The notes under the pieces are model-generated. The model searched no databases, was not told the origin of the DNA, and saw only the letters and a list, made by a program, of their open reading frames with translations. A stretch of DNA of 64,000 nt from Chiloscyllium plagiosum (lineage: Eukaryota): NCBI RefSeq assembly GCF_004010195.1, contig NC_057724.1:30766085-30830084 (forward strand), written 5' to 3'. Below, piece after piece: positions 39,703 through 53,645 of the stretch. The number at the start of each line of letters is the position of its first letter. The first letter of the stretch is position 1. A program made the translations under genes and the position numbers.

Positions 39703-40128
39703 TAATCCTCCTTTATTTGCTGAGTCTTAGGGCTTAACTAATTTGTTCTATTCACTTAACAGTATGGGTTATTTATGATAGGACACACCAGTGGTCTACT
39801 TTCTAACAAAAGAGACATCTGAGCGCAGTTTGAGGTTTGCTATAAGTCATATAGATAATCTACAATTGTGGTGGAAGGTTAGATTTTGAGAATTCTTGAG
39901 TACAGTTACCTCATATAGGCAATCAAACATATATAAGAAAATTTCAGATAACGTATGAAGTTTAGAAACATCCGTTTAGATAGATTAGTTAACTAGACCA
40001 CAAAAAAATACAATCCACATTGAGAGAATGGTTTGCTGATACCAGAAGATGAACAAGTAGTAGGTATGGAGGATGTCAAGCTCATTATAATGTGAGGGCT
40101 ACATTGCGCTGTCTAGCGGAGATGTTAG

Positions 40129-40440
40129 ATTAGATTAGATTAGATTACTTACAGTGTGGAAACAGGCCCTTCGGCCCAACAAGTCCACACCGACCCGCCG
40201 AAGCGCAACCCACCCATACATCTACCCCTTACCTAACACTACTGGCAATTTAGCATGGCCAATTCACCTGACCTGCACATCTTTGGACTGTGGGAGGAAA
40301 CCGGAGTACCCGGAGGAAACCCACGCAGACACGGGGAGAATGTGCAAACTCCACACAGTCAGTCGCCTGAGGCGGGAAATGAACCCGGGTTTCTGGCGCT
40401 GTGAGGCAGCAGTGCTAACCACTGTGCCACCGTGCCGCCC
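40129..40440 (-). mobile_element. Full-length young HE1-type V-SINE
   Basis: GGGCGGCACGGTGGCACAGTGGTTAGCA head, V-domain, CR1-like tail, (TCTAA)n; TSD AGATGTTAG at 40120-40128 / 40441-40449. Confidence 0.95.
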
Positions 40441-41536
40441 AGATGTTAGGGAACTCTTCCCTGTATCTTCCCTTAATCTCTGCTGGATCATCTTCCATCT
40501 GAAAAAAGCAACCCTTTATCAAGGGATCTCCCTACGAGATGTATCAGTGACCTTGAACACATGTTGTTATGCCCTAATTCTATGGGTCAATTGTTTGTGC
40601 CAATTACCAAATTGAATGTTCTAGCCAACACACACACAGCTCAGCTATTCCTGACATTCGTTCCCACTTGCTCACTCTCATCTGGGAGAGAACTTTCATT
40701 CCTCAAGGGGGGAAAAAAAAATTATAAATGCAGTATTTAGGAAAATAAGGTACATACAGTGTCATATAGTTGTTTGGCATTAGCTTATGCAACACTATAG
40801 TCTTGGTGATCTTTGTCACCTTTTGTCTAGCTGATTAGAAATAGTTTAGATCCAAATCGCTTGCTACACAGTAAATACTAGACAAATTCAATTTTAAAAA
40901 GGAACCCTAATTTCCAACTGGAAGAGAGCAGATATACAGTAAGGAGGGGCTTTTGGGACACAGTGGCTCCAAAATGACACATCAAGTACTAAATGTCCAG
41001 AATTGATCCAATCTTCTGTGGTGCACTTAGGACATCTAAATGGCTCATCAGAATAAAATTTCTGCTAACCTACTCCTCAATCAAAGAAAAGAATGGATTG
41101 ATGCATTCAAACCCAAATTACAATAAATAAAAAAGGACAATTTTTTCATTATCTCTCAAAAATGTTTTCAATGAAGATTACTAAAAGATGCAAGTCAGAA
41201 ATAATAGTGTAGTTTTATTCAGTGTAATACACTAAAAGAAATTAACATCTATAATATGATCACGGTTAGTAATCCATCCATGCTGTTTAAAAGTTCACAA
41301 AAGGTGCTTTCTATTTTGTTTTCAGAGCACCAATATTTTAACAAAGCTTGCTGGGTTTTAGTTCTAGACTGAGAGGTCAGGGAGCTTGCATGAACTTCAC
41401 ATATACAATGCTTTTTCATCAACATGCAAATATTCTCCAAGATATAAAATGTGACCATATTCAGTGTTTATAAGCTATTGATATTACATATTTGTGAACT
41501 CCAAACCTTTATGTTGTTACTAGGCAATACATAAGC

Positions 41537-42041
41537 ATGCTTTTCCATCTCAAGTCAAATCAGAAAAGAGACAGCTGGAGACGTTTTCTGTAGCAGCAAT
41601 ATAAGTGGCATGTTTGATCAGTTGAAATACAGCATCAGAAGACAGTTCACAAAAGGGTTAAACAAATAAGTTCGATGAGATCTCACATTTCACCACCAAC
41701 CTTGGGATAAACAAATACTAAAAAAAGATTGTAATGACAGTGTTCAACCTCAGCAGGGGTACTTTTATGATTTACACTAGTGTATTCATAAGGAACCATA
41801 TCTCTGGATCAAAGGAACAGGAGTAGGCCATACAGCCCCTCAAGCCTATAAACTTACCAAGAGAGCAAATCCAAACTTACAATTCATAGGAATGCTTTTA
41901 CATTTCAAGTCAATTCAGAAAAGGAGACAGCTGGAGACTTTTTCTGTAACAGCAGTATAAGTGGCATGAAATACAGCATCAGAAGACAGTACACAAAAGG
42001 GTTAAATAGATAAGTAAGATGAGATCTCATATTTTACCACC
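41537..42041. repeat. Local direct duplication of a ~155-bp unit (41537-41697 and 41892-42041)
   Basis: Both copies share GAGACAGCTGGAGAC, TATAAGTGGCATG, TGAAATACAGCATCAGAAGACAG, CACAAAAGGGTTAAA, GATGAGATCTCA. Confidence 0.9.
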
Positions 42042-42256
42042 TGACATTGGTGGTGGGCAAGTTGTTAGAGGGAATCTTGAATGACAGGATTGACATGTAT
42101 TTGGAAAGGCAAGGACTGATTAGGAATAGTCAACATGGCCTTGTGCATGGGAAATCAAGTCCCACTAACTTGATGGAGTTTTTTGAAAAAGTGACAAAGA
42201 GAACTGATGAGGGCAGAGCAGTAGATGTGATCTATATGGATTTCAGGAAGGTATTT
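42042..42256 (+). mobile_element. Internal CR1 RT fragment
   Basis: VVGKLLEGIL.DRI.MYLERQGLIRNSQHG. Confidence 0.85.
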
Positions 42257-42621
42257 TAATGGAATAGGTGACATTTGAAACCCTGATATTTTAACTGTTA
42301 AGGATATTCATGTATTTTTGAAATATTTAATACAGACCTAACTTAAACAATGTTGAGATTTAAATCAGAGCATTATTCCCACCCTGAAAAAAAAGTAGTC
42401 AGAGACACATTAAAGAGAACTACAAGAAACTGTTGAAATTTAGTCACAGAAATACAGAAAAGGTGCATTATCATCTTTGAAGAAAATAAGTTTACTAATG
42501 AAGAATGGTGTCATTGTAGTTAAGGACAGGAAAAACTAAAAGTCTCAGGACAATATCACATTCAGTTTAGTACAAACTATTTGGATATTATTAAGCATAT
42601 TACTAAAGGAGAAAAAAGGAT

Positions 42622-42627
42622 TTTATT
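42622..42627 (-). terminator. Candidate NSDHL polyadenylation signal AATAAA
   Basis: First minus-strand AATAAA I found downstream of the stop (~740 nt); a second candidate lies at 41214-41219. Confidence 0.4.
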
Positions 42628-43363
42628 TTTGCTTATTTATATACCAAAAATCTGAAATTATACTTGCAAATGTTAAAAGCAAAATTCAGCTTAATGATTT
42701 AGATAATTTAAATGAAATAATCAAAATTTAAGTTTTCCTGAAAACAAACTTACCACTTGAAACAAAAATTGCACAGAGTGCAATACAAGAGGCTGAACAT
42801 TTGTATCCTTGAAAAACAACGCTGTATAAAGCTACAGAGTTGCAACCTTGGGATCATTTTCAACATTTTAAAAAAAACTTAAACGCCAAGCAAATACAAA
42901 CATTTTACATCCACGAACTTAGAAATTATGTCTGAAACTTGACAGACATGAAAACATATGTCTTTCAAGCTCAAGTTGAATTATTTGTTAATTTGCATTA
43001 AACAGCTTGAATGATCCCCAAAAGTTATCAAAATACATAATGCACACATTTTTTTTCACTGAAGGCTTTCTGGTTACCAGTATTGTCTATCTAGAGTATT
43101 CACAGGGAAAGGAGATTTATATTTGTTTATCTAATAGAGGATAGAAAACAATACCAATGAATAAGATAGACATCCCTTTCTGGGATGTCAAAAATCAGCA
43201 TTTAGGTTTTGCATGGGAACATGATTTGCAATCCAGTGAAGATTGAGTAAACATTTCAATCTTAAAAGAATTAAGAGTAGTAATCAATCTTGGTATTCAA
43301 ATCCATGTGCTATCAGATTGAAAAACACAAGTACAATAAATAATGGTTTAATTCAAACTGTTG

Positions 43364-43696
43364 CTATTTTGATCTAGTGAGGTACGTGAAACTTTGAACT
43401 GTATACTTGATGCCTTCAGTCAGAGAAACAACAGGTTTATATCCTAGATCTTTCTTTGCTCTTTCACAACTGTAGTAGTGGAATGTTCCAGCTAATGCTA
43501 CTCGCATGGGAGTGAATGTAGGTTTAATGGTCACAATTGGCTTTAATAGCAACACCAAAATTGAGAGGAAAAAGGCCAAATAATAAGCCAGCAGATATGG
43601 AATGTGATACTTTGGAGGATCATAATTTAGTCCAACTAAAATTTCAGACAAGAATGTCCAAAAGGGAATTGGTTCATCATTTGTGATATGGTAGGC
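43364..43696 (-). CDS. NSDHL: NSDHL last coding exon (sterol-4-alpha-carboxylate 3-dehydrogenase, decarboxylating)
   Basis: [33 protein letters not shown]...[29 protein letters not shown]...LTRSK-TAG; the seven exons sum to 1035 nt = 344 aa + stop, with an intact frame. Confidence 0.97.
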   Translation of the reverse strand, partial: AYHITNDEPIPFWTFLSEILVGLNYDPPKYHIPYLLAYYLAFFLSILVLLLKPIVTIKPTFTPMRVALAGTFHYYSCERAKKDLGYKPVVSLTEGIKYTVQSFTYLTRSK

Positions 43697-44329
43697 CTAG
43701 TGGAATTAAAAAGAAAGAAAAAGTTAATGAAGTACTGCTCATATTTCAAAACAACAGTTCTTTAAAACTAACTTCACACAATATAAAACTTAGTTCAATA
43801 ACAACATGGATGATGTTAGTACTTTCCTAAGTGTACCCTTTGTAACTATCGAGGATGGAATTGGTTGTGTGGAGACGGAAGAAAATAAAATAGGCAACAA
43901 AAGAGGTCTATAAAAGGTTAATTTTAGGAATACATGAACATGCATTATTTAAATCAGTGGCAGCAATTTTGATTAAGCTTGAAGGTGGCACAAAGCCCTC
44001 AACAGACTACAACATATGATTTGGATTGATACCAAGGGAGCATTCCATGATCAAAGACATCACCTTTTAAAGTGAAATATTAAAGAGCTGTCCTGTCTGG
44101 TCTGGTGGGTGGATGTAAAAGCTCCCATTACACAATTTTGCCAAAGTATAGCCCTTATTTATGCATCTATCTCCTTTATAATGTCATGAATTGCTAACAA
44201 TTATCGGAGGTATTGGATTATAATACATGTATTAATATTGACAAGTATGCCAGAGTGAAATTATTAACAAGTAATCATTTGGTGGTCTCCAGGGATGGCT
44301 TGAGCTGGTATGTGAATGCAGCTGTGCTA

Positions 44330-46290
44330 CAGCTTTCTACAGGATTAATTCCAAATTTGGAAAGATATGAAGGCATTTGACAGGATCCAGAAAAGATTCA
44401 CAAAAATGGTTCCAAGCATGAAGAAGAGGAACCTCAGTCACAAGGACAGATTGATAAAGCTGGGTCTATGCTCCTTCAAGTTGAGGTATTTTCTAATCAA
44501 CCTGTTCAGACATGTTATGACACACCTCTACAGCAGGTGGTCTTTGAGCCAGGAGACCTCTGTTCGAAGTGGGGACACAACCACTGCACCATAGGAGCCC
44601 CTACCTCCTTGGAGTAGGGAAGAATAGAGTGGTCCGGACAGACTATACAGGGAGAAAGACTGTTCCGACTGACAGGATCAAAAACCAGAAGATACGGATT
44701 CTCAGGAGAATCATTAGCAACATGAAGTACGACCCCTTTTTTTTAAATAAAGTGAGTGATGAGTTAACATTTGGAATTACCCAAGAATATGATGGAAGAT
44801 GATTTAATTGAGAATATCAAAAAGAGAATTTGATAATTATCTGAGAAAAAAAGAAATTATGCAGGGCTTTAGAGGAAAGGAGGTTTAAGAAAGATTCAGG
44901 GAGTTGTTCTTGCAGAGAGCCAGCATGGATAGGAGATCAAGTATTTTTTCTTACATTGTTTATTCAGTGGATGTGGGTTTCGCCTTTCAAAGTGTGATGG
45001 TGAGCTGCCTTCTTGAATTGGTGCAGCATAATTGATGCAGATAAAGGTAGTTTAAAAAGGCAAACAAGATGATACTTGCTACTTGTCAGCCCAAATTTAG
45101 ATACTACCCACACCCTTGGTGCATTTGGTATGGACTGCTTCAGTATTAGAGTTGCAAATTGTGCAATTAGCAAAAATCCCCTTCTGACATTATGATGGAG
45201 ATGGATATTAATGAAGCACTGAAGATGGCTGGGCCTAGGACACTCCCTGAAGAAAATTATTCAGGGATATACTGGAGCTGAGATGACTGACCTCACAACC
45301 ATCTTCCTTTGGTAATGAGTCAGACCATGAAGTTGCACATTGTGGTCAAATACATATCAGCTGCTGATGAAGACTCGCAATGTCTCATGGATACCCAGTG
45401 TGGAGTTGCTAGGTCTATTCAAAAGCTATTCCATTTAGCAGCATGATAGTACCAGACAATGGGATATACAGATGGAGGTTATCCTGAACGAAGCTGGAAC
45501 ATGATCTCCACAAGGAAAACATGGTGGTCACCCCTATTGATACTGCTTTAGATGCATACATCTGCTACTAGTAGCTTGATGAGGATTTGGTCAAGTATGT
45601 TTTTTTTCCCCACACTTATTTGTTGCTTCACCACCTGGTACAGACTAGGTCGAGCAGCCATGACCATTTAGACACAACCAATTCAACCAGTAGTGGTGTT
45701 GCCTAGCCACTGTTGGTAATGGCCTCAAGTCCCTGACCCAGGGTACACACTGTACCTTTGCCACCATTTCTTCCTCCAAGTGACTCTCAACATGGAGGAG
45801 TATGGATTTATCAGCAGGCGGGGGGGGCACATGGCAATCAACAGGAGGTTCTCTCTCTTGTTTCACCTGATGCCATGAAACTTCAAATGCTCCACAGTTA
45901 ATGTTGACTACTTCCAAACTTCCAAGGCAACTCCTTCTTGTATCCTATTGGTGCTCCTGCTGGTGAGATAGAACAGATCCAGGGAGGGAGATGGTTTTGT
46001 CTGGTATGTAGTCAAACTTGTTGAATCATACCTTAGAGAGAAAGTCAGGCTATTGCATGAAGCAGCTGTCCCAATTCTGGTTGCAGATGATCTGTCATGT
46101 TTAATTCATTTTTTTGGAGACTTGTTAGCAGTTTGACCCAACTGATTGCTTTTTGAAGTGGCTTAGCAAGCCAATTGAGTCAACCACATTGCTGCAAGTC
46201 TGGATTCACCTCAAATCCGATAAGGAACAGATGGCAGATTTTTAAATAACTATTGATAATGACTTCATGGTCATCATTAAGCTTTTAGTT
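44330..46290. mobile_element. Old LINE/SINE remnants in the last NSDHL intron (CR1-B 44330-44930 +; L2/CR1-clade family C ~44965-46290 -)
   Basis: IQKRFTKMVP motif; family-C sequence also at 21545-21815, 52010-52440 and 61620-62850. Confidence 0.55.
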
Positions 46291-46734
46291 TCAGATTTTA
46301 AAAAAAATCCAACAATTCCTCTATGTGTTCGCCTTTCAATGATCTCCTTTTCTGCTACAACTATATTATGATCTTACCCACTAACAAGGTTATTTCTACT
46401 AACAATTTGTCAGAGAAAATAAAGAATTTTTCAACTGGTTGCATTGATAATTTGTCTTGATTATAAATCTCCCTTGGGGTCTTGTGATAAACTGATTCCC
46501 CCATTCATCTGTAAAAGTTAACAATAAAGTTCATGGCTAAATAGGCTATTGAAATTTTTCAAATTGACGTCATATTGAGAAAAACACAAATTTCAGTTGC
46601 CTACTCTTTTTAAAGATACCACTGCCAATGGAGCAGTTCAAGATCAATGGGAAACAATTATTGCAATTTGAATAATCATGATCAATCAAGACAACAAAAG
46701 TTGTGAGATTATATATGTCTGGGCAGATCACTAT

Positions 46735-47119
46735 GGGGTGACCTTATAGAGAGATACATAAAATCATGAGGGGCATGAATCAAGTGAATAGCCAAGGTCT
46801 TTTTCCCAGGATCGGGGAGTCCAAAACTAAAGGGCATAGGTTTAAGGCGAGAGGGGAAAGATTTAATAGGAACCGGAGGAACCAACTTTTTCTACACAGA
46901 GGGTGATGTGTGTATGGAACGAGCTGCCAGAGGAAGTTGTAGAGTTGGGTACAATTACAACTTTTAAAAGGCATCTGGGTGGGTACATGAATAGGAAGGG
47001 TTCAGGAGCAATATCGGCCAAATGCTGATAAATGGGACCACGTCAGCTTCGAATATCTGATCAACATGGACGAGTTGGACAAAAGGGTCTGTTTTCATGC
47101 TATATAACTCTATGACTCT
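46735..47119 (+). mobile_element. CR1 family-A 3' fragment abutting the NSDHL exon 6 donor
   Basis: GGGGTGACCTTATAGAG...GAGTTGGAC...ACTCTATGACTCT tail. Confidence 0.9.
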
Positions 47120-47124
47120 CATAC

Positions 47125-47227
47125 CTTTCCACAGATATGGGACTTTGGGTGAAGACTTTCTGCTGCTAGGATCAACCCATGCACAACATTATCAACATAT
47201 GTAAAGTCCACCAGGTTCTTGCCATTT
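47125..47227 (-). CDS. NSDHL: NSDHL coding exon 6
   Basis: (G)[34 protein letters not shown]; CACAG acceptor, AAG|GTATGA donor; 103 nt. Confidence 0.96.
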
Positions 47228-47770
47228 CTGTGAAAACATGGTTAACATCATTGCCTGATAAAACAAACAATTGAAACTGCAGCCACACCCACAGATTCCA
47301 AGGAATCAAGAAGTGGTGAATAACAGTTAAGCTGTAGCACTTTAAACTACAGTATGTGCAGAATTTATTAATTAAAAATCATAGTGTTTTCTCCCATCCC
47401 TTAATATCAGAGATAATACACATCTATCTACTCACACATGAAAATATGCAACTCCCCATTTTTACAACTGATGGTGTGCCAACCTCTTTAGGGCCTGATG
47501 ATTCCACACGATGAGAATGGTTTTGAATACTATTTATCAGTAACAAAAGCACAGATGCAGGAGAATTGGAAAGAATCATATTGCAAAGAGGATTGTATTT
47601 TCATATAGCTTCTCACTCAAATAATCTCTCACCAATAAAGGGACAAGTCACATAGCACATAGTAGCTTTGTAATTGACAATCAGCTTCTAACTGTTCGTT
47701 GTTGCTTCCCACAAAGTTCAGATTTAGTAGAAATATTCAAAATGCAAGGATATATCTAAACAGTACAAAC

Positions 47771-47913
47771 CCAATTATAAACTTCATCTTGCCACACTTG
47801 GCAGCCTGTACAAGGACAGGTACTAAATGTGGGTCTTGAGGTCCAAAAATGCCATGAGGGCGGATTGCAATTGTCATGAAGTTCTGTTCTGGATTATTAG
47901 CACCAAGAACTTC
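47771..47913 (-). CDS. NSDHL: NSDHL coding exon 5
   Basis: [49 protein letters not shown]|GTTTGT; 143 nt. Confidence 0.96.
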
Positions 47914-48672
47914 CTGTCATTTTAAAGAAAATGAAGTTAGTTGCGAACAAGTAGGGAAGCAGCTACAGGATTCACTTTGATTAATGCAATGTGCAATTCT
48001 CTCATATTTTGTAAACACCAATGCAATTCCTGAATCTTAATACTTAGAACTAAATTTTACAATAATTAGACAGTCATATCATAGAATAGTCAGAGTGCTT
48101 GAAAGAACAAACACACATGTAAAAGAGAGAGAGCATATGCACAGAAGAGGGGTGCATGTACTCTCTCCAAAAATAATTACAAGTCTACATGAATAGGTTA
48201 GGAGAGTAGCAACAGAAAATTACTTTCACAAGTTCACTTTTAAATTGCATCTGGATTGCACACTGAATGGATGTACTGATCAGTAAGTCTCTCTTGTGTA
48301 GTTTTGACATTCAACATTCAGTGGGCTTTGATCTAGCATTAGACTAGATAAAAAGCAGCACAAATTGGTAATGTCCGAAATCATAATCATGCCTGGTGTG
48401 GTGAACATAAATACAATGTACATCTCCCACATTGGGCTGTATGCATATTGTTGTAGCAGAGGAATAGGAATGGAATAGAGTCATCGTATATAAGAGATTT
48501 TTGTTAAGCAGCAAGGTGATTGTTTAAAAACAGTCATGTTACTAGAAAGTATTGCAAAGCAAAAACTTTAGCTTAAATATTCAGTAACATTTATAATCAC
48601 AAACTAAGACTATCACAAATATAGAACTACAATTTGATCTTGAAGTTTAAAATGTCAGACTTTTAAACTTAC

Positions 48673-48801
48673 AATTTCCTGCAAGATCTTAGTTTGTGAA
48701 TAGTAGTCAATGGGCTTCTTAGCATATGGCAGGTCTTCTGAACCATTTTTTAGGTCTGATCCTTCAAATACGACACTAGCACTACTAGTCAGCACCAGTT
48801 T
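48673..48801 (-). CDS. NSDHL: NSDHL coding exon 4 (catalytic YxxxK)
   Basis: [43 protein letters not shown]; 129 nt; preceded by a 92-nt intron. Confidence 0.97.
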
Positions 48802-48893
48802 CTGTGTACAAGAAAAGAAAACGCTGAACTTGAAAGATTGGTAGAATGGCAGGAAGACAAATGGCTATAAAGCTGCAATGTATAATTTCTTAC

Positions 48894-49040
48894 CTGAACA
48901 CCTGCTTCTTTACATGCTTCAATGATTGTTTTAGTCCCCATGTAATTAACTTTATAGAAGAGTTCTCTGTTGTCACTAGAAGGTGCTGGAGAAGCACAGT
49001 GAAACACGATGCTCACACCCTCAACTGCTGGTAGTATATC
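48894..49040 (-). CDS. NSDHL: NSDHL coding exon 3
   Basis: [49 protein letters not shown]; TTTAG acceptor, CAG|GTAAGA donor; 147 nt. Confidence 0.97.
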
Positions 49041-50168
49041 CTAAACAAACAGTCAAATTATTAATTCACAATTTCATGGTTTGCAATTTTACTTTCAATG
49101 TAGAAAGACACTAAAAACCAAAAGATTTGCTGGTTAACAATCAGTTCTACGTCGCAAATAAATTGAATTTTTGAGATTTTGGGCAAGGAGTTGGGCGATA
49201 TTAAAACTAAATTAATCTGTGGCATAATTTTCTCCAAGCTGCCTTTAAGAAAACATATGTCAGATCCATCATGATGGCTACAAAAGTACTTATAAAAATA
49301 GCAGACAGCAAATAATATCACTATCAAATTACATTAACATTTTGATAGAAATATTTGGTTCTGGTAGGTGGCTCCAACTGAAATATATTCCATCGGCATA
49401 CAGCTGAGAAAGCAAAGAAGATCCATCATCATACATATACGCCTCCTGTGTTGTGGCATATTTGGGATAGAGTATTGATACAACAATGAGAACACTCTAA
49501 AAAACAAGTCGGCTAAAACTTCACTGATCAACATCTCAAAAGGGCAGCCTGGGAAAGCAGTTAGGTTTGTTGAATACCATTCCTACCACATACTTTGTGC
49601 AATCAAAAAAATATAATCACACTAAAAGATGTACGGGTTTACAATTACATTTCCCCTCAAACTGAGCATAATTTCAGGACATCAGATATGTCTAGATCAG
49701 CACAGAAATCCTCAAGTTACAGGCTGTCACACAGGGTTCCAAATTAGGAACTCACTTCTCAATAAATCACTTGTGACTCAACTTTTGTGTAATTCGTGAC
49801 CCTCTATCAAATCTTACGTTGAATTGGAGAAACTTTACGCTCACTCAATCCTGGATATCAGAAAATGTGTCAGTCAGTATGATAACAGTGAATTTGAGGG
49901 AGACAATGCTGAGGTACAGCTGTGTGTCATCAGTTTATCATGAAAAAGGAACGAAGTCAAAGTGTTATCGGCCCTAGATAGTTTTTTTAAAAATGGATGG
50001 CTAGTATTAATTTTAATTAAATTATATTAAAACAAAAAATAGAACGTGACATCACTTGCAATTCAAATATTACAAAGCCAAGCTGTTTCTCTTTTTGCAT
50101 GCAGGTGGCATCAAATCGTGAAAATATTGAATTCAATATTATACTGTTAAAATGTAACTTATACCAAC

Positions 50169-50330
50169 CTCTTTGCAGCACAGATCTGCACTGAAGAACT
50201 GAATTCCTTCATTCTCAAATGGTTTTCGAACATCCAATATATTAACTGTGTAGCCTTTTTCCAGAAGCTTCTTCACCAAATGTTGACCCAAAAACCCTGA
50301 GCCCCCGATAACTGTACATTTCTTATTGTG
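50169..50330 (-). CDS. NSDHL: NSDHL coding exon 2 (Rossmann NAD(P)-binding motif)
   Basis: [54 protein letters not shown]; TTATAG acceptor, GAG|GTTGGT donor; 162 nt. Confidence 0.96.
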
Positions 50331-50904
50331 CTATAAAACGAAATAAAAAGTTAGAGAAAAGTAAAGCAATTCACATCTTTGGCACCTACATGCTGAGCAG
50401 GCCTGCCAACATCTGCGAGAGAGCGCATGAGAGTGTTAATGTTTCAAGTTAATAACCTTTCATCAAAACTTGGAAAAGTCAGAGATATAATAGATTTTAA
50501 GCATGTAGAGGTAGAAAAAAAGCATCAGAGAAGATCTGTGACAGGATAAAGTGAAGGATGGATTAAATATCAGAAGGATCCATGCTTCAAAATTACAGCA
50601 ATCAATAATGGGGCAAGTAAAGGAAGAAAAGATGTGTCTAGGGACATGAAAAAACTGCTAACCCAAAGGAAAAAAGGGGAAAAAAGGAAACAAACAAACA
50701 AAAAAATTTTTTCCAACATCTTTGTTGAAATGCCAAAGAAATCAAAGGCAGATGTTGCAATCTAAAAATGTTGATCTTAAATGTCATGATGAGATTATGG
50801 TAACCAGAAACTGAATTGGCCTGCGATGTATGAATACAGTGGCTATCAGAATAGGTCAGAGGCTGGCAAGTAAATCACTTTCTGCTTCCCCAGTTCCCAT
50901 CCAC

Positions 50905-52008
50905 CAAACTAGCTATTTAGATACAGAACTGGCTCAAAGGTCGAAGACAGAGTGGTGGTGGAGGGTTGTTTTCAGACTGGAGACCTGTGACCAGTGGAGT
51001 ACCACAAGGATTGGTACTGGGTCCACTACTTTTCAACATTTATACAAATGATCTGGATGTGAACATAAGACGTACAGTTAGTAAGTGTACAGATGACACC
51101 AAAATTGGAGGTGTAGTGGACAGCGAAGAGGGTTACCTCAGATTACAACGGGATCTTGATCAGATGAGCCAATGAATGAGGAGTTGCAGATGGAGTTTAA
51201 TTTAGATAAGTGTGAGGTGCTGCATTTTGGGAAAGTAAATCTTAGCAGAACTCATACACTTAATGGTAAGGTCCAAGGGAGTGTTGCTGAACAAAGAGAC
51301 CTTGGAGTGCAGGTTCCTGGCTCCTTGAAAGTAGTCGCAGGTAGATAGGATAGAGAAGGTGGCGTTTGGTATGCTTTCCTTTATTGGTCAGAGTATTGAG
51401 TACAGGTGTTGGGAGGTGGTCATGTTGTGGCTGTACAAAACAATAGTTAGGCCACTGTTGGAATATTGTGTGCAATTCTGGTCTCCTTCCTATCAGAAGG
51501 ATGTTATGAAACATGAAAAGGTTCAGAAAAGATTTACAAGGATGTTGTCAGGGTTGGAGGATTTGAGCTATAGGGAGAGGTTGAATAGGCTAGGGCTATT
51601 TTCCCTGGAGCATTGGAGGCTGAGGGGTGATGTTACAGAGATTTATTAAATCATGAAGGGCATGGACAACATAAATAAACAAAGTCTCTTCCCTGGGGTT
51701 GGGGGGGGGGGGCGCAGAGCAAAAGGGCACAGGTTTAGGGTGAGAGGGGAAAGATATAAAAGAGACCCAAGGGTCAACGTTTTCATGCAGAGGGTGGCAA
51801 GTGTATGGAATGAGCTGCCAGAGGAAGTGGTGGATGCTAGTATGATTGCAACATTTAAAAGGCATCTGGAGGGGTATATAAACAGGAAGAGTTTGGTGGG
51901 ATATCAGCTGGGTACTGGCAGCTTGGACTAGATTGGGTCGGAATATCTGGTCGGCATGAACGAGTTGGACCGAGGGGTCTGTTTCCATGCTGTACATCTC
52001 TATGATTC
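50905..52008 (+). mobile_element. CR1 family-A 3' fragment nested in a family-C LINE
   Basis: [34 protein letters not shown] ORFs; tail CTCTATGATTC. Confidence 0.9.
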
Positions 52009-53112
52009 GGTCTACAAAGTATAAGTTAGGAGTGTGATGAAATACTTCCCACTTGATTGGCACCCCATCCATCACCTTCATCAACAACACTCAGTGGTAA
52101 GAGTGTGTACAATTAACAAGCTGCACTACAGTAGTTCACCAATGGTGCTGTCACAGCATCTTCCCAACCTGGAAACTCGACATCTTAGAGGACAAGTGCA
52201 ACAGGTGCATGGGAACACCAGCCATTGCAACCTCTCCTCCAAGCCACTCCTCATCCTGCCTTGGATCTATATCACTGTTCTTTCACAGTTGCGGGCTCAG
52301 AATTCTGGAATTACTTCCCTAACAACCCTACATGTCTACCAACACCCCACAAACTGCGGTGGTTCAAGAAGACAGCACAGCACCCACTTTCTCAGGGTAT
52401 TCAAGCTAACTTAACCAGCAACAGCGACACCCAAAGAACTTTTCGGATGCAAGTTCATTTTCCATAACTAAGGTCTCTCTCTACCTCAGTGATTGAAATG
52501 GTCCTCAACCTTGTTCATTCCTTTAAATGCACTCCAGCTGTCAACTCCTCCTTTCCGTCCCAGAACCATTATAGTGTTCCACTTATCCTCTTCATTCTAC
52601 ACCACCAGACTTTGCAGACAATTGATCATCCTCTGCCATTTCTGCCAGGTCCAGTGTGATGCCAAACACATTGTCCTTCACATTTAGCATTCCAAAAGAA
52701 CCATCCCCTTTGCATGGTGTTGGTCCACTCCTCAGACATCCCATTGTGCAACCATAAATAAAAATGGATTGTTTTAACAGCAAGGAAAACAGCACCTTTC
52801 TCCATAAACACCATTCATCAGACTACAGGTGGTGTAAATCACAGAAAAAACAAAAGTGTTATAGTACAGAAGGCAGCCATGCGGCCGATTGTGTCTGCAC
52901 AGCAGTTTTAATAAGCATAATTACCCGCTATCAATGTTTTGCTTTTTCATTATGTCTGTGCATATTATAAGACCATATTAGACAGTGCTTCCTTTGGCCT
53001 TGCAACATTAATCCTTTTGACAGGTAACCTCTCCTAATATATACTCTATCAGAGAGCTACCTTTTTTATTTTTCTTCTTTGCCTTCATCTTTCCACTTTC
53101 TTAAAAAAAAAA

Positions 53113-53645
53113 GTCATGTAGCAACTGTACAGGACATTGATTTGGCCACTATTGTAATACAGTATGCAATTCTGGTCTCCCTAATATAGAAAGAATGTTG
53201 TGAAATTTGAAAGTGTTTGGAAAAGATTTCCAATGATGTTGGAATATTTGAGCCATATGGAGAGGCTGAATAGACTGGAGCTGTTTTCCCTGGAGCAGAG
53301 GCTGAGGGGTGACCTTCCAGGGTTTATCAAATCATGAGGCGCATGGATTGGGTAAATACACTCGCGTTTTTTACTGCAGGGTGGGGGAATCCAAAACTAG
53401 AGGGCATAGGTGTAAGGCGAGAGGGGAAAGATTTAAAAGGAACCCGAGGGACAACTTTTTCATGCTGCGTGTATGGAATGAGCTGCCAAAGGAAGTGATG
53501 GAGGATAGTACAATGACAACATTTAAAAGACATTTGAATTGATACATGACTAGGAAGGGCCAAATGCTGGGACTAGATTAGTTTAGGATATTTGGTCATT
53601 GGACAAGTTGGACCGAAGAGTCCATTTCCATGCTGTATATCTGTA
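53113..53645 (+). mobile_element. CR1 family-A 3' fragment
   Basis: ESKTRGHR..., RVWNELPKEV..., 3'UTR. Confidence 0.85.
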
